Source of the DNA: a virus
Lineage: Duplodnaviria; Heunggongvirae; Uroviricota; Caudoviricetes
Strand: one strand, 5' to 3'
DNA length: 64,000 bases
IMG/VR virus record: IMGVR_UViG_3300011008_000003
In this document: in pieces, positions 49,032 to 59,229 of the stretch
How positions within the stretch are numbered: position 1 is the stretch's first letter
Layout of the letters: the number at the start of each line of letters is the position of its first letter
The notes under the pieces: generated by a model
Told to the model about the DNA's origin: nothing
Databases searched by the model: none
What the model saw: only the letters and a program-made list of their open reading frames with translations
Position numbers and translations under genes: made by a program

Positions 49032-49112
49032 TTCCGATAGAAATCTAATTAAGCGACTTGTTGACAAGACAAGTCGTTTTTTCTATATTAAGAGTATAAA
49101 AGAGAGGCTATT

Positions 49113-50069
49113 ATGCGAAAGATAAAAATTGCTGGTGTTCTGTCGGAAGTCAACGACTACAGTCCGTTTGTTCAGAGCATTCTGAGAATTAAAATTGACG
49201 AAATGGTGGATTACCTTAAGGGACGGTATGGCTCGCTTTATTATGTGAGAACCAACAGTTCTGTCGGTAAGGATTCTCTGTCGTTCAGCATCCGTAAAGA
49301 TCTTAACGACGTATTCGGGTTGAACTATCACAAGCCGGATATTGCACATGACTGCCAGCATCATTTTACGATGTGGACTGAATTCGAATTCGGTAAAGGT
49401 AAAAAGCACGAGGGAAAGAACACCTTTGAATTGCATACCGATGTCAGCGTACCGAGACCGCCTGAGAGATATGCCATTGAAAAGAATCCGTATTATGTGC
49501 TGTACCCGAAAGTCGGTGAAGGTTGTATTGTAAAATTCACTCAAGGGTTTTCCACAGATGAATTCATTGCCGATCCGATTAAGTTCGCCAAGCAGATTGA
49601 ATCGGCGATCGACACGACCATTCAGAGAACCAAGGATGCATGGGTAGAACTGCACGACGAACAGACCAGCCGAGACATCGACCTTATGGAAGTGCCCGAC
49701 AGCATTAAGTCTGCATTCGAAAACCATGGTGTTCCGGTAAAGTGCGAATTCAACAATACACTTACGAATACGATGATCGAAGTGACGACTGAATATAATC
49801 CGGAGCATGTCGGATATATGGAACTCCATTATATGCCGGATAAGGGTGAATGGGAATTCGATACAGTTCGCGGCGAATTTGAATTCATCGGCCACATGTT
49901 TGATTTGACCAACAGCAAATACGACAGGCGAAAGAAGGCTATCAGGAACGAGAAGTTCGGCGAACTGATGGGGTTTATCGCTGACCAATATCTTGCACAG
50001 CTGAAGATCAAGCTTGACTTCGAGGCGAAACTTAATGACTTTATGGATTGCTGGACAAAAGATGATTAA
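49113..50069 (+). CDS. hypothetical protein (paralog group C)
   Basis: Own promoter and RBS. Confidence 0.8.
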   Translation: MRKIKIAGVLSEVNDYSPFVQSILRIKIDEMVDYLKGRYGSLYYVRTNSSVGKDSLSFSIRKDLNDVFGLNYHKPDIAHDCQHHFTMWTEFEFGKGKKHEGKNTFELHTDVSVPRPPERYAIEKNPYYVLYPKVGEGCIVKFTQGFSTDEFIADPIKFAKQIESAIDTTIQRTKDAWVELHDEQTSRDIDLMEVPDSIKSAFENHGVPVKCEFNNTLTNTMIEVTTEYNPEHVGYMELHYMPDKGEWEFDTVRGEFEFIGHMFDLTNSKYDRRKKAIRNEKFGELMGFIADQYLAQLKIKLDFEAKLNDFMDCWTKDD

Positions 50070-50132
50070 GATTTTTGTTTAGTAGAATTATTAAAAATTC
50101 TATATTAAATAAAAACAAACGAGGTATTAAAT

Positions 50133-51002
50133 ATGGCTTGGAAAGAAATCTATTCGGAAAAAGGCAATTATATTGCGAAAGTTCCGTCGAACTCGATTTA
50201 CTACAGTAATCCTGACTTGCTGAGATCGATGTACAATGAATGCCGAAACGAACAACAGGAAAACGGGCTGATGTTCGGTAACGGGTACTTGAGCTATAAA
50301 AATACTGGTTCCCATGAAACGTTGGAAATCTGTCTATACCTGATAGAAAAAGTTTTTCCGTCGTATAACAGTTCTCGGTGTACCCTTCACTTCGACTACA
50401 ACAAGAATACGAAGATGTTTGATTACTATCTGGTTCCCAGTATGAGTTGTGAGGCGATGACGAACTATGTCTTGGAACATATTAAGTTCAATAAGGACAA
50501 CGTACAACACGTTTACGCTTCTGAAATCATGGATAATCCGTGGAATTACATTAAGAAACTCCTTTTTGAAGTTCAGCAAGTCTCGTATGATTACATAAAG
50601 ATTTACAAAAACAATACGCTGGAATTCGAAATTGAATATGTGGAAGACCTTGAAAATGTTAAGGAACTGGCGACCAGTCTCGGGTATACGTTCTACCTCG
50701 GTGATCACGATACCTGTGGAAAAGAGATCGCCATTTTGGACGATAAGAGTCTGAACGGATATGATAATAAAATCGAATTCGTAAGTTCTCCGTGTGGATT
50801 AGAGAGGACTGGGGGCGATTTTGAGTACGTCGCCAGTATCATGGGGTATAAAGTCGATTACGGAGATCATAGGCTTAAGTTTAAGTCTCCGAAGGACATG
50901 TTTAGTTTCATTAAGGATATGTTAATCCAGTATCACGAAGTGAAAACCAAACTGTTAAGTGTCCGACCTCAGTTTGAGGAGCACTTTTTACCCAAAGTTT
51001 AA
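50133..51002 (+). CDS. hypothetical protein (paralog group C)
   Basis: EFVSSP..GGDFEY. Confidence 0.8.
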   Translation: MAWKEIYSEKGNYIAKVPSNSIYYSNPDLLRSMYNECRNEQQENGLMFGNGYLSYKNTGSHETLEICLYLIEKVFPSYNSSRCTLHFDYNKNTKMFDYYLVPSMSCEAMTNYVLEHIKFNKDNVQHVYASEIMDNPWNYIKKLLFEVQQVSYDYIKIYKNNTLEFEIEYVEDLENVKELATSLGYTFYLGDHDTCGKEIAILDDKSLNGYDNKIEFVSSPCGLERTGGDFEYVASIMGYKVDYGDHRLKFKSPKDMFSFIKDMLIQYHEVKTKLLSVRPQFEEHFLPKV

Positions 51003-51107
51003 GATACCATAATACCTCGAAGTAGACGGTTTGGCTTAGGCCATTCCGTCTTTTTTGTTTTAAACGTTTTTATTTACAAAACATTTGGAATTTTCTATAT
51101 TAAGAAT

Positions 51108-51446
51108 ATGAACAGATACTTACCTATTAAGATTGATACTTGCAGCCATGAGTATATGATAGACCTGTGCGGCAATACCTGGACAGACAGCGGATTGCCT
51201 GTAAGTAATATAACCAAATGGAAACTGAATGACAAACCGGTAGTGTTTCGCCTGCATATCTGCGAGTTAATGAAAGCCGGCGACAAAGATATTCGGATTT
51301 TATCGGAATATGCCTTCTGCACAGGTAAGAAGGTTACTGTAGACTTTATGGGTAAAACGTATCATCCGGGTGACAGTGACTTTGAACTGATAAAGCTGCA
51401 TGATGCATTAGAAACCGAAATTGCCCTGGCAAGACTGGAGTTATAA
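51108..51446 (+). CDS. C-terminal tag family protein
   Basis: FMGKTY...IALARLEL. Confidence 0.75.
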   Translation: MNRYLPIKIDTCSHEYMIDLCGNTWTDSGLPVSNITKWKLNDKPVVFRLHICELMKAGDKDIRILSEYAFCTGKKVTVDFMGKTYHPGDSDFELIKLHDALETEIALARLEL

Positions 51447-51724
51447 TGACAATATCAACGAAAAGCGGCATCTTTGGCGACTGGTATGACTATGAAGTAA
51501 TACTGCCGTCCAACTTTATTATCTTTAAAGACCATTTTGGTTATGAGGGATTCAATATTGCGGTGAAAGCCGATGACGGATATAACTATGCGTTACGTAT
51601 CATCCAGGCAAATCTGATGCAGGTAAAATATAAAGACCAAACTTATGACATGAGGAAACCGAAAGAATATATGACGCTGAAGAGCATCCTTGAAGCCGAT
51701 ATTGTCCTGGCAAGTCTGGACTAA
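51446..51724 (+). CDS. C-terminal tag family protein
   Basis: YKDQTY...IVLASLD. Confidence 0.75.
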   Translation: MTISTKSGIFGDWYDYEVILPSNFIIFKDHFGYEGFNIAVKADDGYNYALRIIQANLMQVKYKDQTYDMRKPKEYMTLKSILEADIVLASLD

Positions 51725-51787
51725 AATCAAAATCAAAATTGATTTAAATTAAATTCGGTTTTTTCTATATTTGAGTTAGAGGTAATT

Positions 51788-52444
51788 ATGACTAAGATTA
51801 GACCATGTGACAAACTGACAATCACCGACATCCAGACTTCCATTAAGCAGAAGGCCGTTGCGTTCGATGCGCTTGCCGAGCTTATTAAGACTTTCCCGGC
51901 TCAAGATATGCTGACATGCAAGTTGTCACATATGGACGATCCGACAAAGGAACTTATGGCGAACTGCAAGTACCGCATTCCGTTCCATATGAGGGAATCC
52001 CAGTTTATGGAAAGCAAGGGACTCGGCATGGGTTACAGGTTACTCGACACCATTCCGGCTGCAATTGACCCGGAAAGCCACTATACCATTAACATTGAGA
52101 TCGTCTGTAAGAAAGCTGGCGGTTATTCCGTTAAGTTAAAGAATGTCTGCGACTATATCTATTCGCGAATCCGTCGTAAAGAAGGCAATACTGAATTTAA
52201 GAATTATCTTAATACGGCAACCTATGAACAGGTTGGACAGGATTCTGTTTCCGCCATTATCCACCGTGAAATAAAGGGCTGTGCCAGAAAGGCATCGGCT
52301 GTCAAGCATGCGACGAGGAACGTCGAATGGCTCAGGGCTGGTCTGGCTGAACTGATTCCTGCAATGTTGGAAGACAGTCTGTATAAGACCGAACAGGCCA
52401 TGTACAATATGTCGACCGATAAGGTCTTGGGTGTTCTGAAATAA
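51788..52444 (+). CDS. C-terminal tag family protein (subgroup D)
   Basis: IK.FP...N..Y.(I/L)PF; ends DKVLGVLK. Confidence 0.75.
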   Translation: MTKIRPCDKLTITDIQTSIKQKAVAFDALAELIKTFPAQDMLTCKLSHMDDPTKELMANCKYRIPFHMRESQFMESKGLGMGYRLLDTIPAAIDPESHYTINIEIVCKKAGGYSVKLKNVCDYIYSRIRRKEGNTEFKNYLNTATYEQVGQDSVSAIIHREIKGCARKASAVKHATRNVEWLRAGLAELIPAMLEDSLYKTEQAMYNMSTDKVLGVLK

Positions 52445-52512
52445 AAATTAAGAATAAATCGGGCTTATATTAAGCCCGGTTTTTCTATATTGTATTAAAA
52501 CAAGAGGATATT

Positions 52513-53142
52513 ATGATAAATTCAAGTTTAACGCTCGATGAAGCATTCCGAATTCACAAGAAACAGCTGGATCACCTTGATGCGGCTCTGGCAAAGATTA
52601 AGGAATTTCCGTTAAGCCAGTATCTGCACGTAGGTTTCGACTCAGGGCTCGCCAAGGCCACCACGTTCGTCTATAACCTTGAATACTGTTTGCCGTTCAA
52701 TTTGAACGATACCAGATTCTACGGTTATTCGAAGGATTCCAAGGTCAACATCGACGTGCCGACGAGTTGGGTTAAGGATCACCTGTTCTGCAAGCATCCG
52801 GTGATAACGATGGCATTTAAGCTCACATACCGTTCCGATAAGGATCAGTGGAGCATTAAGTGTTCGCACGTCTATGCGACGACAACCTGCAAAGACAAAT
52901 ATAACGACTATTCCGTTGCCGTTAATCATGAATATTCGACGGTCGCTGAAGCAAACCGAGTGATTGGCTGGGGTGGCGACGCGAGAAATAAGAGTGCTGT
53001 GAACAGGAAATCCGACGATGTGGGTTTTTATATTAAGCTGTTCCAGATGCTGCTGCCGTTCCTGATGAATGACAATCTTATGGGTGTACGAAGCATTCTG
53101 TCCGACGCAGCGAACACCAAAGCATTAAATTCATTAAGGTAA
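52513..53142 (+). CDS. C-terminal tag family protein (subgroup D)
   Basis: Paralog of previous; ends TKALNSLR. Confidence 0.75.
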   Translation: MINSSLTLDEAFRIHKKQLDHLDAALAKIKEFPLSQYLHVGFDSGLAKATTFVYNLEYCLPFNLNDTRFYGYSKDSKVNIDVPTSWVKDHLFCKHPVITMAFKLTYRSDKDQWSIKCSHVYATTTCKDKYNDYSVAVNHEYSTVAEANRVIGWGGDARNKSAVNRKSDDVGFYIKLFQMLLPFLMNDNLMGVRSILSDAANTKALNSLR

Positions 53143-53193
53143 TAGTTTACAAGTCAAAACCGATTTTCTATATTTAAGCCAGAGGTATTTAAT

Positions 53194-53604
53194 ATGCAAA
53201 TGAAGCGACTGAAAGAATTGCACGCCGATTACCGCGGCGAGGAATGGATAGAGAACAGCATTACCGAAGAGTATAACGATGCTCTGATGTGCGTGGCGAC
53301 CGAAAAGACGGTCAATGAAGTCATGGACATTATGGAAACCCTTATCGAATTCAATAACGGGGAACGTCCGGACGAGGAAGACGACTGGATCGTGTACGAT
53401 CCGGAAAAGTTCAATAAGGTAATCAAAGACGCGAACGCTGTAGTCTTTGCTAAGAGAGATAAGGCGACCATGGAGATTCTGGACGTGCTCGAGGGTGATC
53501 CCGAGGAACCGACGGAAGAGGAAAAGGAACTGGCCGCCTTGGACGTCCTCGACGGTATTGACTCGCCGTTCTACGATCCTAATGCAAAGGACGACGATAA
53601 TTAA
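53194..53604 (+). CDS. highly acidic small protein
   Basis: About 40 D/E in 136 aa. Confidence 0.75.
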   Translation: MQMKRLKELHADYRGEEWIENSITEEYNDALMCVATEKTVNEVMDIMETLIEFNNGERPDEEDDWIVYDPEKFNKVIKDANAVVFAKRDKATMEILDVLEGDPEEPTEEEKELAALDVLDGIDSPFYDPNAKDDDN

Positions 53605-53717
53605 ATATGGCTGTTCCGATGAAAATTTGATTATGAATACTATTTACAATTCAATATCGATTTTCTATATTTAGAGCATAAACAAAACCAATCAACTTTT
53701 TCAAAGAGGTAATTCCT

Positions 53718-54728
53718 ATGGCAAACCAAATGTTCACTCCGATGTCTGATAACGAAGCAGACGCCTTCCTCGACGATCTCTTCGGCACGTCCGAAGCCGT
53801 CGAAACCGAAACCGCACCGGTTGATACCGCTGCAGAACCGACCGTTGAACCGGTTGCTGAAATGCCGACCGAAGCGGAAGCTAAGGCAACCGACGTCGAA
53901 CTTGAAGTGGTCGACGAACTTCCGGAAGTCACTAAGTCTGTGGTTGCCGGCACTCGCCACCTCAGCAAGCCGCGTGTGGTCGTCAACAAGTTCAACGGTA
54001 TTGACGGTCTGAGCGCCGCCGAGAGTAACGAATTCAACTCGTGGCTCGCCGCTCACGGTCTGTGCAAGACCATCGGTGCTTTCGCATCCACTAAGCGTAT
54101 GCGAATCTACCGTAACCTGGGTACCAAGAACGGTAAGCAGCTCCATTCTCGTGACTGCATCTACGTCGTGTCTTCGGACGACTGGCGTAAGAACAAGGAA
54201 GCCGTTTATCGTACCATCCTCCGCCTCTCCAAGAAGCAGATGGATGCGGAAATGGTTGTTAAGGTCGCCGAATACCGTCAGAAGATGAACCAAATCGAGG
54301 AAGATTTGCTTCTCCAGCACGACATCGTGATGAACTGGTACAACGGCAAGTCCGCAACCTTCAAGAAGATCCAGCACAAGATCATGGCACCCGATGTGCT
54401 CGCCATGCTTGACGAAGCTGTCAAGCATAACGACAAGTATAACGTTCAGGATATGTACCTGCAGCGTTTCCGCATGGGTGCCCAGATTGAAGAGCTCGGT
54501 ATCGCCCCTGAGTACGACTGGCGTAACTTCGACGTCATCGTTAAGGGTGGCAAGGTTGTCTGTGCTTACAGTTACCGCGACATGGTTCCGCTGTACTCCG
54601 AAACCTTTAAGACTGGTTTCTTCAACAAGTTCGGTTACAACACCGAAATCGTGGACTCCGAAACCATCGAGAAGGTCAAGGCCATGGGTGCCAAGTACAC
54701 CTGTGCCGAAGCCGAAAAGAAGGCTTAG
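53718..54728 (+). CDS. hypothetical protein, acidic disordered N-terminus, optimised codons
   Basis: Promoter, RBS, terminator at 54742-54780. Confidence 0.85.
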   Translation: MANQMFTPMSDNEADAFLDDLFGTSEAVETETAPVDTAAEPTVEPVAEMPTEAEAKATDVELEVVDELPEVTKSVVAGTRHLSKPRVVVNKFNGIDGLSAAESNEFNSWLAAHGLCKTIGAFASTKRMRIYRNLGTKNGKQLHSRDCIYVVSSDDWRKNKEAVYRTILRLSKKQMDAEMVVKVAEYRQKMNQIEEDLLLQHDIVMNWYNGKSATFKKIQHKIMAPDVLAMLDEAVKHNDKYNVQDMYLQRFRMGAQIEELGIAPEYDWRNFDVIVKGGKVVCAYSYRDMVPLYSETFKTGFFNKFGYNTEIVDSETIEKVKAMGAKYTCAEAEKKA

Positions 54729-54877
54729 TCCGATTCGTTCAACGGGAGTCCGGCTTCGGCCGGGCTTTTCCGTTATTTTTTTCTCTATTGTTTTTATTTA
54801 CGTTTTAGCTCAGATTTTCTATATTTTAATTGAGCATGGTGCTCATTAAATAAAAGTTCAAACAAGAGGCAATTCCA

Positions 54878-56248
54878 ATGATTACATACAATCTGTCCAC
54901 CGAAGAGAAATTCGAAAAGATGCAGCAACAAATGTATCTGATTTACCCCTCGCTCGGTTCGTTCTACAACATGTGCAACAAGCGTGCACTTCCGAAAGAA
55001 TCTAAGGTGACGCTCCGACTCAACGTCTGCGAAGGTTCCGCTCCGATCATTGAGTATACCGAAGACTTCATGAAGACTCTGAGCGTCGAAACCTTTACGA
55101 TTCTGATGAGCATCGAGCTCTTCCGTTTGCTCTTGCATCATCCGACGACTCGTATGCAGATTAGCCGTTCCCTCACGGTTCAGGCTTCCAACTTCATCTG
55201 CAGTGACTCCAAAATTCGTAACTTCATCATGCCGGCACACCTTAAGGATGCTTTCCCGGACATCGCTGAAATTCAGGCTATGGAGCCCAGCTTCAACGTC
55301 AATGACGACCTTTATCTTGAAAAAGTCTACCGAATTCTTGAAAAGAATTCCCAAGACCAGAATCAGAATGGCCAGGGTCAAGGTCAAGGACAAGGCCAAG
55401 GTCAAAGCCAGGGTAACGGAGACGGTGACGGTGACGGCCAAGGTCAAGGTCAGAATGACCCGAACGGTGACAACCAAGATCAGGATGGTGACGGCGATGG
55501 TGACGGCAAGTCCGACGAACAGAAGGAAAACGACAGCCTCAAGCGTCACTTCTCTAGCCAGCAGTCTGAAAAGAACTCTGAAGGCTGGGGTGAAAACGAA
55601 CTGGTTGACGCTCAGGTTTCTGGCGAAGTCAACAAGCGTCAGTTGTCTGATTGGTCCGACGTCGGTAACGGCATGACCAAGATGATCCTGAAGGCCAACG
55701 AACTTCAGTTTGACCCCTGGTCCGTCATTAAGCGTTTCGCAACTTCCGTGTTCTCCGACTTCATCTCGTTCACTCGCATGCGTCCTAACCGCCGTCTTCC
55801 GGATTGGACTGGTGTTCTTCCGGGTAAGCGTCATGCCATGAAGGCTAAGGTACTCTTTGCGATTGACTGCAGTGGTTCCATGGCTGAGAGCGAAATCGAA
55901 CGAGCCTGCGGAGTCGTCAACTCGGCCCTCAAGCATGCTGAAACGTGGTATTGCTTCTGGGACTGCAAGTGTTCTGACTTCACTCAGAAGCGTTCCAAGA
56001 CTTCGGACTTCGACGGTCTCGGTGGTGGCGGCACCAACCCTGACTGCGTAATCAAGAAGCTCGAGGAATCCAAGGAACACTTCGACGGCCTCGTGTTCAT
56101 CACGGACTGCTACTTCGACTGGCAGCAGCCGAAAGGAAAGCACAAGATTTTCATCCTGCACACCAAGGATGCGGGTGATCCTCCGGCTTGGTGCAAGTGG
56201 CATCTGGGCATGGATGACATCGAAAAGATTCAGAAGTCTCGCTCTTAA
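54878..56248 (+). CDS. DUF2201-like peptidase-fold plus vWA domain protein
   Basis: RPNRR...PG, MIDAS DCSGSM, GGGGT, FITDCY; GQ/GD low-complexity linker. Confidence 0.88.
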   Translation: MITYNLSTEEKFEKMQQQMYLIYPSLGSFYNMCNKRALPKESKVTLRLNVCEGSAPIIEYTEDFMKTLSVETFTILMSIELFRLLLHHPTTRMQISRSLTVQASNFICSDSKIRNFIMPAHLKDAFPDIAEIQAMEPSFNVNDDLYLEKVYRILEKNSQDQNQNGQGQGQGQGQGQSQGNGDGDGDGQGQGQNDPNGDNQDQDGDGDGDGKSDEQKENDSLKRHFSSQQSEKNSEGWGENELVDAQVSGEVNKRQLSDWSDVGNGMTKMILKANELQFDPWSVIKRFATSVFSDFISFTRMRPNRRLPDWTGVLPGKRHAMKAKVLFAIDCSGSMAESEIERACGVVNSALKHAETWYCFWDCKCSDFTQKRSKTSDFDGLGGGGTNPDCVIKKLEESKEHFDGLVFITDCYFDWQQPKGKHKIFILHTKDAGDPPAWCKWHLGMDDIEKIQKSRS

Positions 56249-56371
56249 GCGATGGCTTCCGGGCCTTTGCCTCATGAACAAAGGGTGGCCGATTAAGTTC
56301 GGCTGCCCTTCTTTAATTTTTTGACTATTAAACTTATTTACAAAGATTTTCAGATTTACTATATTAAGGAT

Positions 56372-56707
56372 ATGCTTAAAGAAAAACGTTATAAAATCGA
56401 AATTGACACAGCATCTCCGGCCGTGAGCGTGCTGAAAGACGTCCCGTATCACAGGCTGTGGGAATTCCTGCGGGCGCACCCAGAGTACAAGAAGTACGCG
56501 GATGTTAACTGCAGCCGTCCGATCTATGTGTACAAGAAGTGCAAAGTCGGAACAACAGCATTGTGGAAACTCGTAGATGCACTGACATATTCGATGAGCG
56601 GTTGCCCGACTAACATCCGCCGCGATGCCAAAGACCTTAAGCGTAATTACGGTGTCAACATAGCCACCGACATGTACAAGTATCTGAGCCTGGAAGTTCT
56701 GAAGTAA
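56372..56707 (+). CDS. hypothetical protein with tag-like end
   Basis: Leaderless ATG; ends YLSLEVLK. Confidence 0.7.
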   Translation: MLKEKRYKIEIDTASPAVSVLKDVPYHRLWEFLRAHPEYKKYADVNCSRPIYVYKKCKVGTTALWKLVDALTYSMSGCPTNIRRDAKDLKRNYGVNIATDMYKYLSLEVLK

Positions 56708-56939
56708 ACGTTTAATAAAATTTAATTGACAACATTTAAAAATTTTTCTATCTTATAAGGCATGTTGAATATGGAATATATGAAAATTGACTTTTTTGCG
56801 AGCGATTCCAACAAGCCGAGCGCTTCCGACGAAAATCACTCAAAGATAATTGTTTACAAGTCAATTCGAAATTTCTATATTTAACCACGTAGCAAGTCGC
56901 TACATCGTTCAACAACTCAGAAAACCTAAGAGGTATCTA

Positions 56940-58094
56940 ATGAATATCAAGCAGCTCACCAACGCAATCAAGTTCATCCCCGCCCGCAAGTCCATCATGC
57001 TCAAGGGCACCCACGGTATCGGCAAGACCGAATGGGTCACTCAGCTCGCCAAGGACCTCGGCCTCAAGCTCGTCATCTGGCACGCCAGCCATGCCGCCGA
57101 CGCCGGCGACATCACAGGTCTTCCTTTCAAGGTCACGGAAACTGACACCGAAACTGGTGAAACCCGCGAAGTGACCAAGTTCGCCAAGCCGCAGTGGATG
57201 ATCCAGAACAAGCCGGTTCTCCTCTTGCTCGACGAAATCAACCGTGGCCTCAGCATTGCATTGAATGCAATCATGCAGCTCACCAACAACGGAACGTACG
57301 ACGACATTACCCTTCCTGAGGGTAGCCGAATCTTCGCCTGTATCAACCCGGAAGAGGACGGCAAGTACGACGTCGGTACGATGGACGCCGCACAGCTCGA
57401 CCGCTTCGCCATCTACGAATTCAAGCCGACCGTCGAGGAATGGGTCGACTGGGCAATCAAGGCTGGTCTGGATTCTCGTGTTGTCCAGTACATCAACACG
57501 CACCACACCATGTTGGACCCGTACTCCAACAACGAACTTGTGAAGTCCGTTCAGGGTAAGGATTGCGGTGTTCTTCCGTCTCGCCGTGCTTGGGAATGCG
57601 TTTCCAAGACCATTCAGAACGGCGACAAGGAACGTGCCTGGGAAGGTCAGGAAGGTATCAACCTGCTCACCGAAATCATGAACGGTATTGTCGGTACCGG
57701 TGCAACTCTGGACTTCATCGCTTACTTCAAGTCCGCTGGTAACAGCCTCAACCCGAAGACTCTGATGGAACTCCCGGAAATCACCGACAAGGAACGCAAG
57801 GCAATCGCAAAGCTCTGCAAGACCGACTTCCCGAACGCTACCAAGCTCGTGGGTGGCTGTGTCCTCTTCCTCAAGGAACACAACGACGAACTTGCGACTT
57901 CCGTCGGTGCTCAGTGGTCCCACAACTTCTACGACATTCTGGCGGCTATGACCAAGGACGCCCAGATTGCCTCCGTGAAGGACTGTGTGATTGGGGCTGT
58001 CAAGGCTCACGAACCGTGGGCTCTGAACCTCAGCAAGCACGAACATCGCTTGAAGGAACTCTACAAGGCCGCTCTGGTTGTCCGCGACCTTTAA
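56940..58094 (+). CDS. MoxR-like AAA+ ATPase
   Basis: GTHGIGKT, LLLDEINR, ACINP, D.A.LDRF, PSRRAW. Confidence 0.9.
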   Translation: MNIKQLTNAIKFIPARKSIMLKGTHGIGKTEWVTQLAKDLGLKLVIWHASHAADAGDITGLPFKVTETDTETGETREVTKFAKPQWMIQNKPVLLLLDEINRGLSIALNAIMQLTNNGTYDDITLPEGSRIFACINPEEDGKYDVGTMDAAQLDRFAIYEFKPTVEEWVDWAIKAGLDSRVVQYINTHHTMLDPYSNNELVKSVQGKDCGVLPSRRAWECVSKTIQNGDKERAWEGQEGINLLTEIMNGIVGTGATLDFIAYFKSAGNSLNPKTLMELPEITDKERKAIAKLCKTDFPNATKLVGGCVLFLKEHNDELATSVGAQWSHNFYDILAAMTKDAQIASVKDCVIGAVKAHEPWALNLSKHEHRLKELYKAALVVRDL

Positions 58095-58127
58095 TGGAAA
58101 CTGGCCTCCGGGCCGTTGTTGAACGAA

Positions 58128-58159
58128 GAGGCGGGTATCCTTTCGGATGCCCGTCTTTT
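58128..58159 (+). terminator. intrinsic terminator
   Basis: GGCGGGTATCC/GGATGCCCGTC-TTTT. Confidence 0.75.
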
Positions 58160-58453
58160 CGTTATTTATACACCGCTCCTATCCGGTACGCCGCAATAGA
58201 AACTCGTTCATATTTAAGGGAGTCTGCGCTAAATTGATTATAAGAGCTTATTTTTTAAGGCCTATAATTAGTACTAAAAATAAAATTAAAGTCCATATAA
58301 TTAAAATATGTGCGATTAAATTAGTGTTTATTGTATTATATAATAGTTGATTTAAATAGACCCCTAAGCACTTCCGACGAAATTTTTTATAATGTTTTTG
58401 TTGACAGTATTATATAATTTTTCTATATTTTAGGAAAATCTAAGAGGTATAAA

Positions 58454-59167
58454 ATGAGTGTAGTAATTTCCAGTGGTTTCCAAGACATCAAGCTCGCCGA
58501 TGACTCTCAGTGGTCTGTCGGTCGTAAGCGGTTCTTTGAAGACATTATGACCGAACTCCAGCGGGCGGACGAGGAATGGTGCGCAAGTCTGGTTATCGGA
58601 CGTAAGTTGGACAAAGCCGCGGCTTACTTCACCGCAGCTGACTGTCTGATTACGATTGTGATGCCGGAAGGAACCGCAACTTACGACGAGAACACCAAGG
58701 AAATCAGGTTCGCCGATGAAGACAAGTGGGTCTGTTTCGTCCACGAGGCAAGCCACTTTATGCACATGGTGGTTGACGGCGGTAAGTTCATCAGTCCGAG
58801 CTTCGAGCATCTGGAACCGATGGTACATGCGGCGTTCGACGGACACCGTAGGTCCAACACCAAGTATCTGGAATTCGAAGCAGGCTATCGCAGTCTGTAT
58901 TACAACGAGATTTACGAAATGGGTCCTAAGGAACTCTATTTCGAAAGGAATCTGAAAAATATGATGAACTACGTCAGGGTCGAAGGACTCGAGGGGTTTG
59001 TCAAGGCTCTCCAGGCTTGCAAGTCGGAAGACGAAGCCAAGGCTGTAATCGAAAACCGTAAGGAAGACTTCGAAAAGGCCCGCCAGCAGATCCAAAAGTG
59101 GTCGGACCTCGACAAGTTCACAATCACGGTTCCTGACAGCACCGTGGCTGCTCCGGCTGAAAACTAA
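58454..59167 (+). CDS. putative zinc metallopeptidase (ImmA/IrrE-like)
   Basis: HEASH and downstream EFEA. Confidence 0.6.
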   Translation: MSVVISSGFQDIKLADDSQWSVGRKRFFEDIMTELQRADEEWCASLVIGRKLDKAAAYFTAADCLITIVMPEGTATYDENTKEIRFADEDKWVCFVHEASHFMHMVVDGGKFISPSFEHLEPMVHAAFDGHRRSNTKYLEFEAGYRSLYYNEIYEMGPKELYFERNLKNMMNYVRVEGLEGFVKALQACKSEDEAKAVIENRKEDFEKARQQIQKWSDLDKFTITVPDSTVAAPAEN

Positions 59168-59229
59168 ATTAAAAATCGACTTACAAGATAAGTCGGTTTT
59201 TCTATATTTAGTAAAAACAAGAGGATATT

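Noticed and set aside
55360-55510. GQ/GD repeat as a DNA repeat element
   Set aside because: It is an in-frame low-complexity linker typical of DUF2201/vWA proteins.
54794-56479. 561 aa minus-strand ORF (also 56937-58046, 53640-54428, 49083-49988, 20299-21237)
   Set aside because: These are antisense shadows of codon-biased genes that have clear motifs, promoters and RBSs on the other strand.
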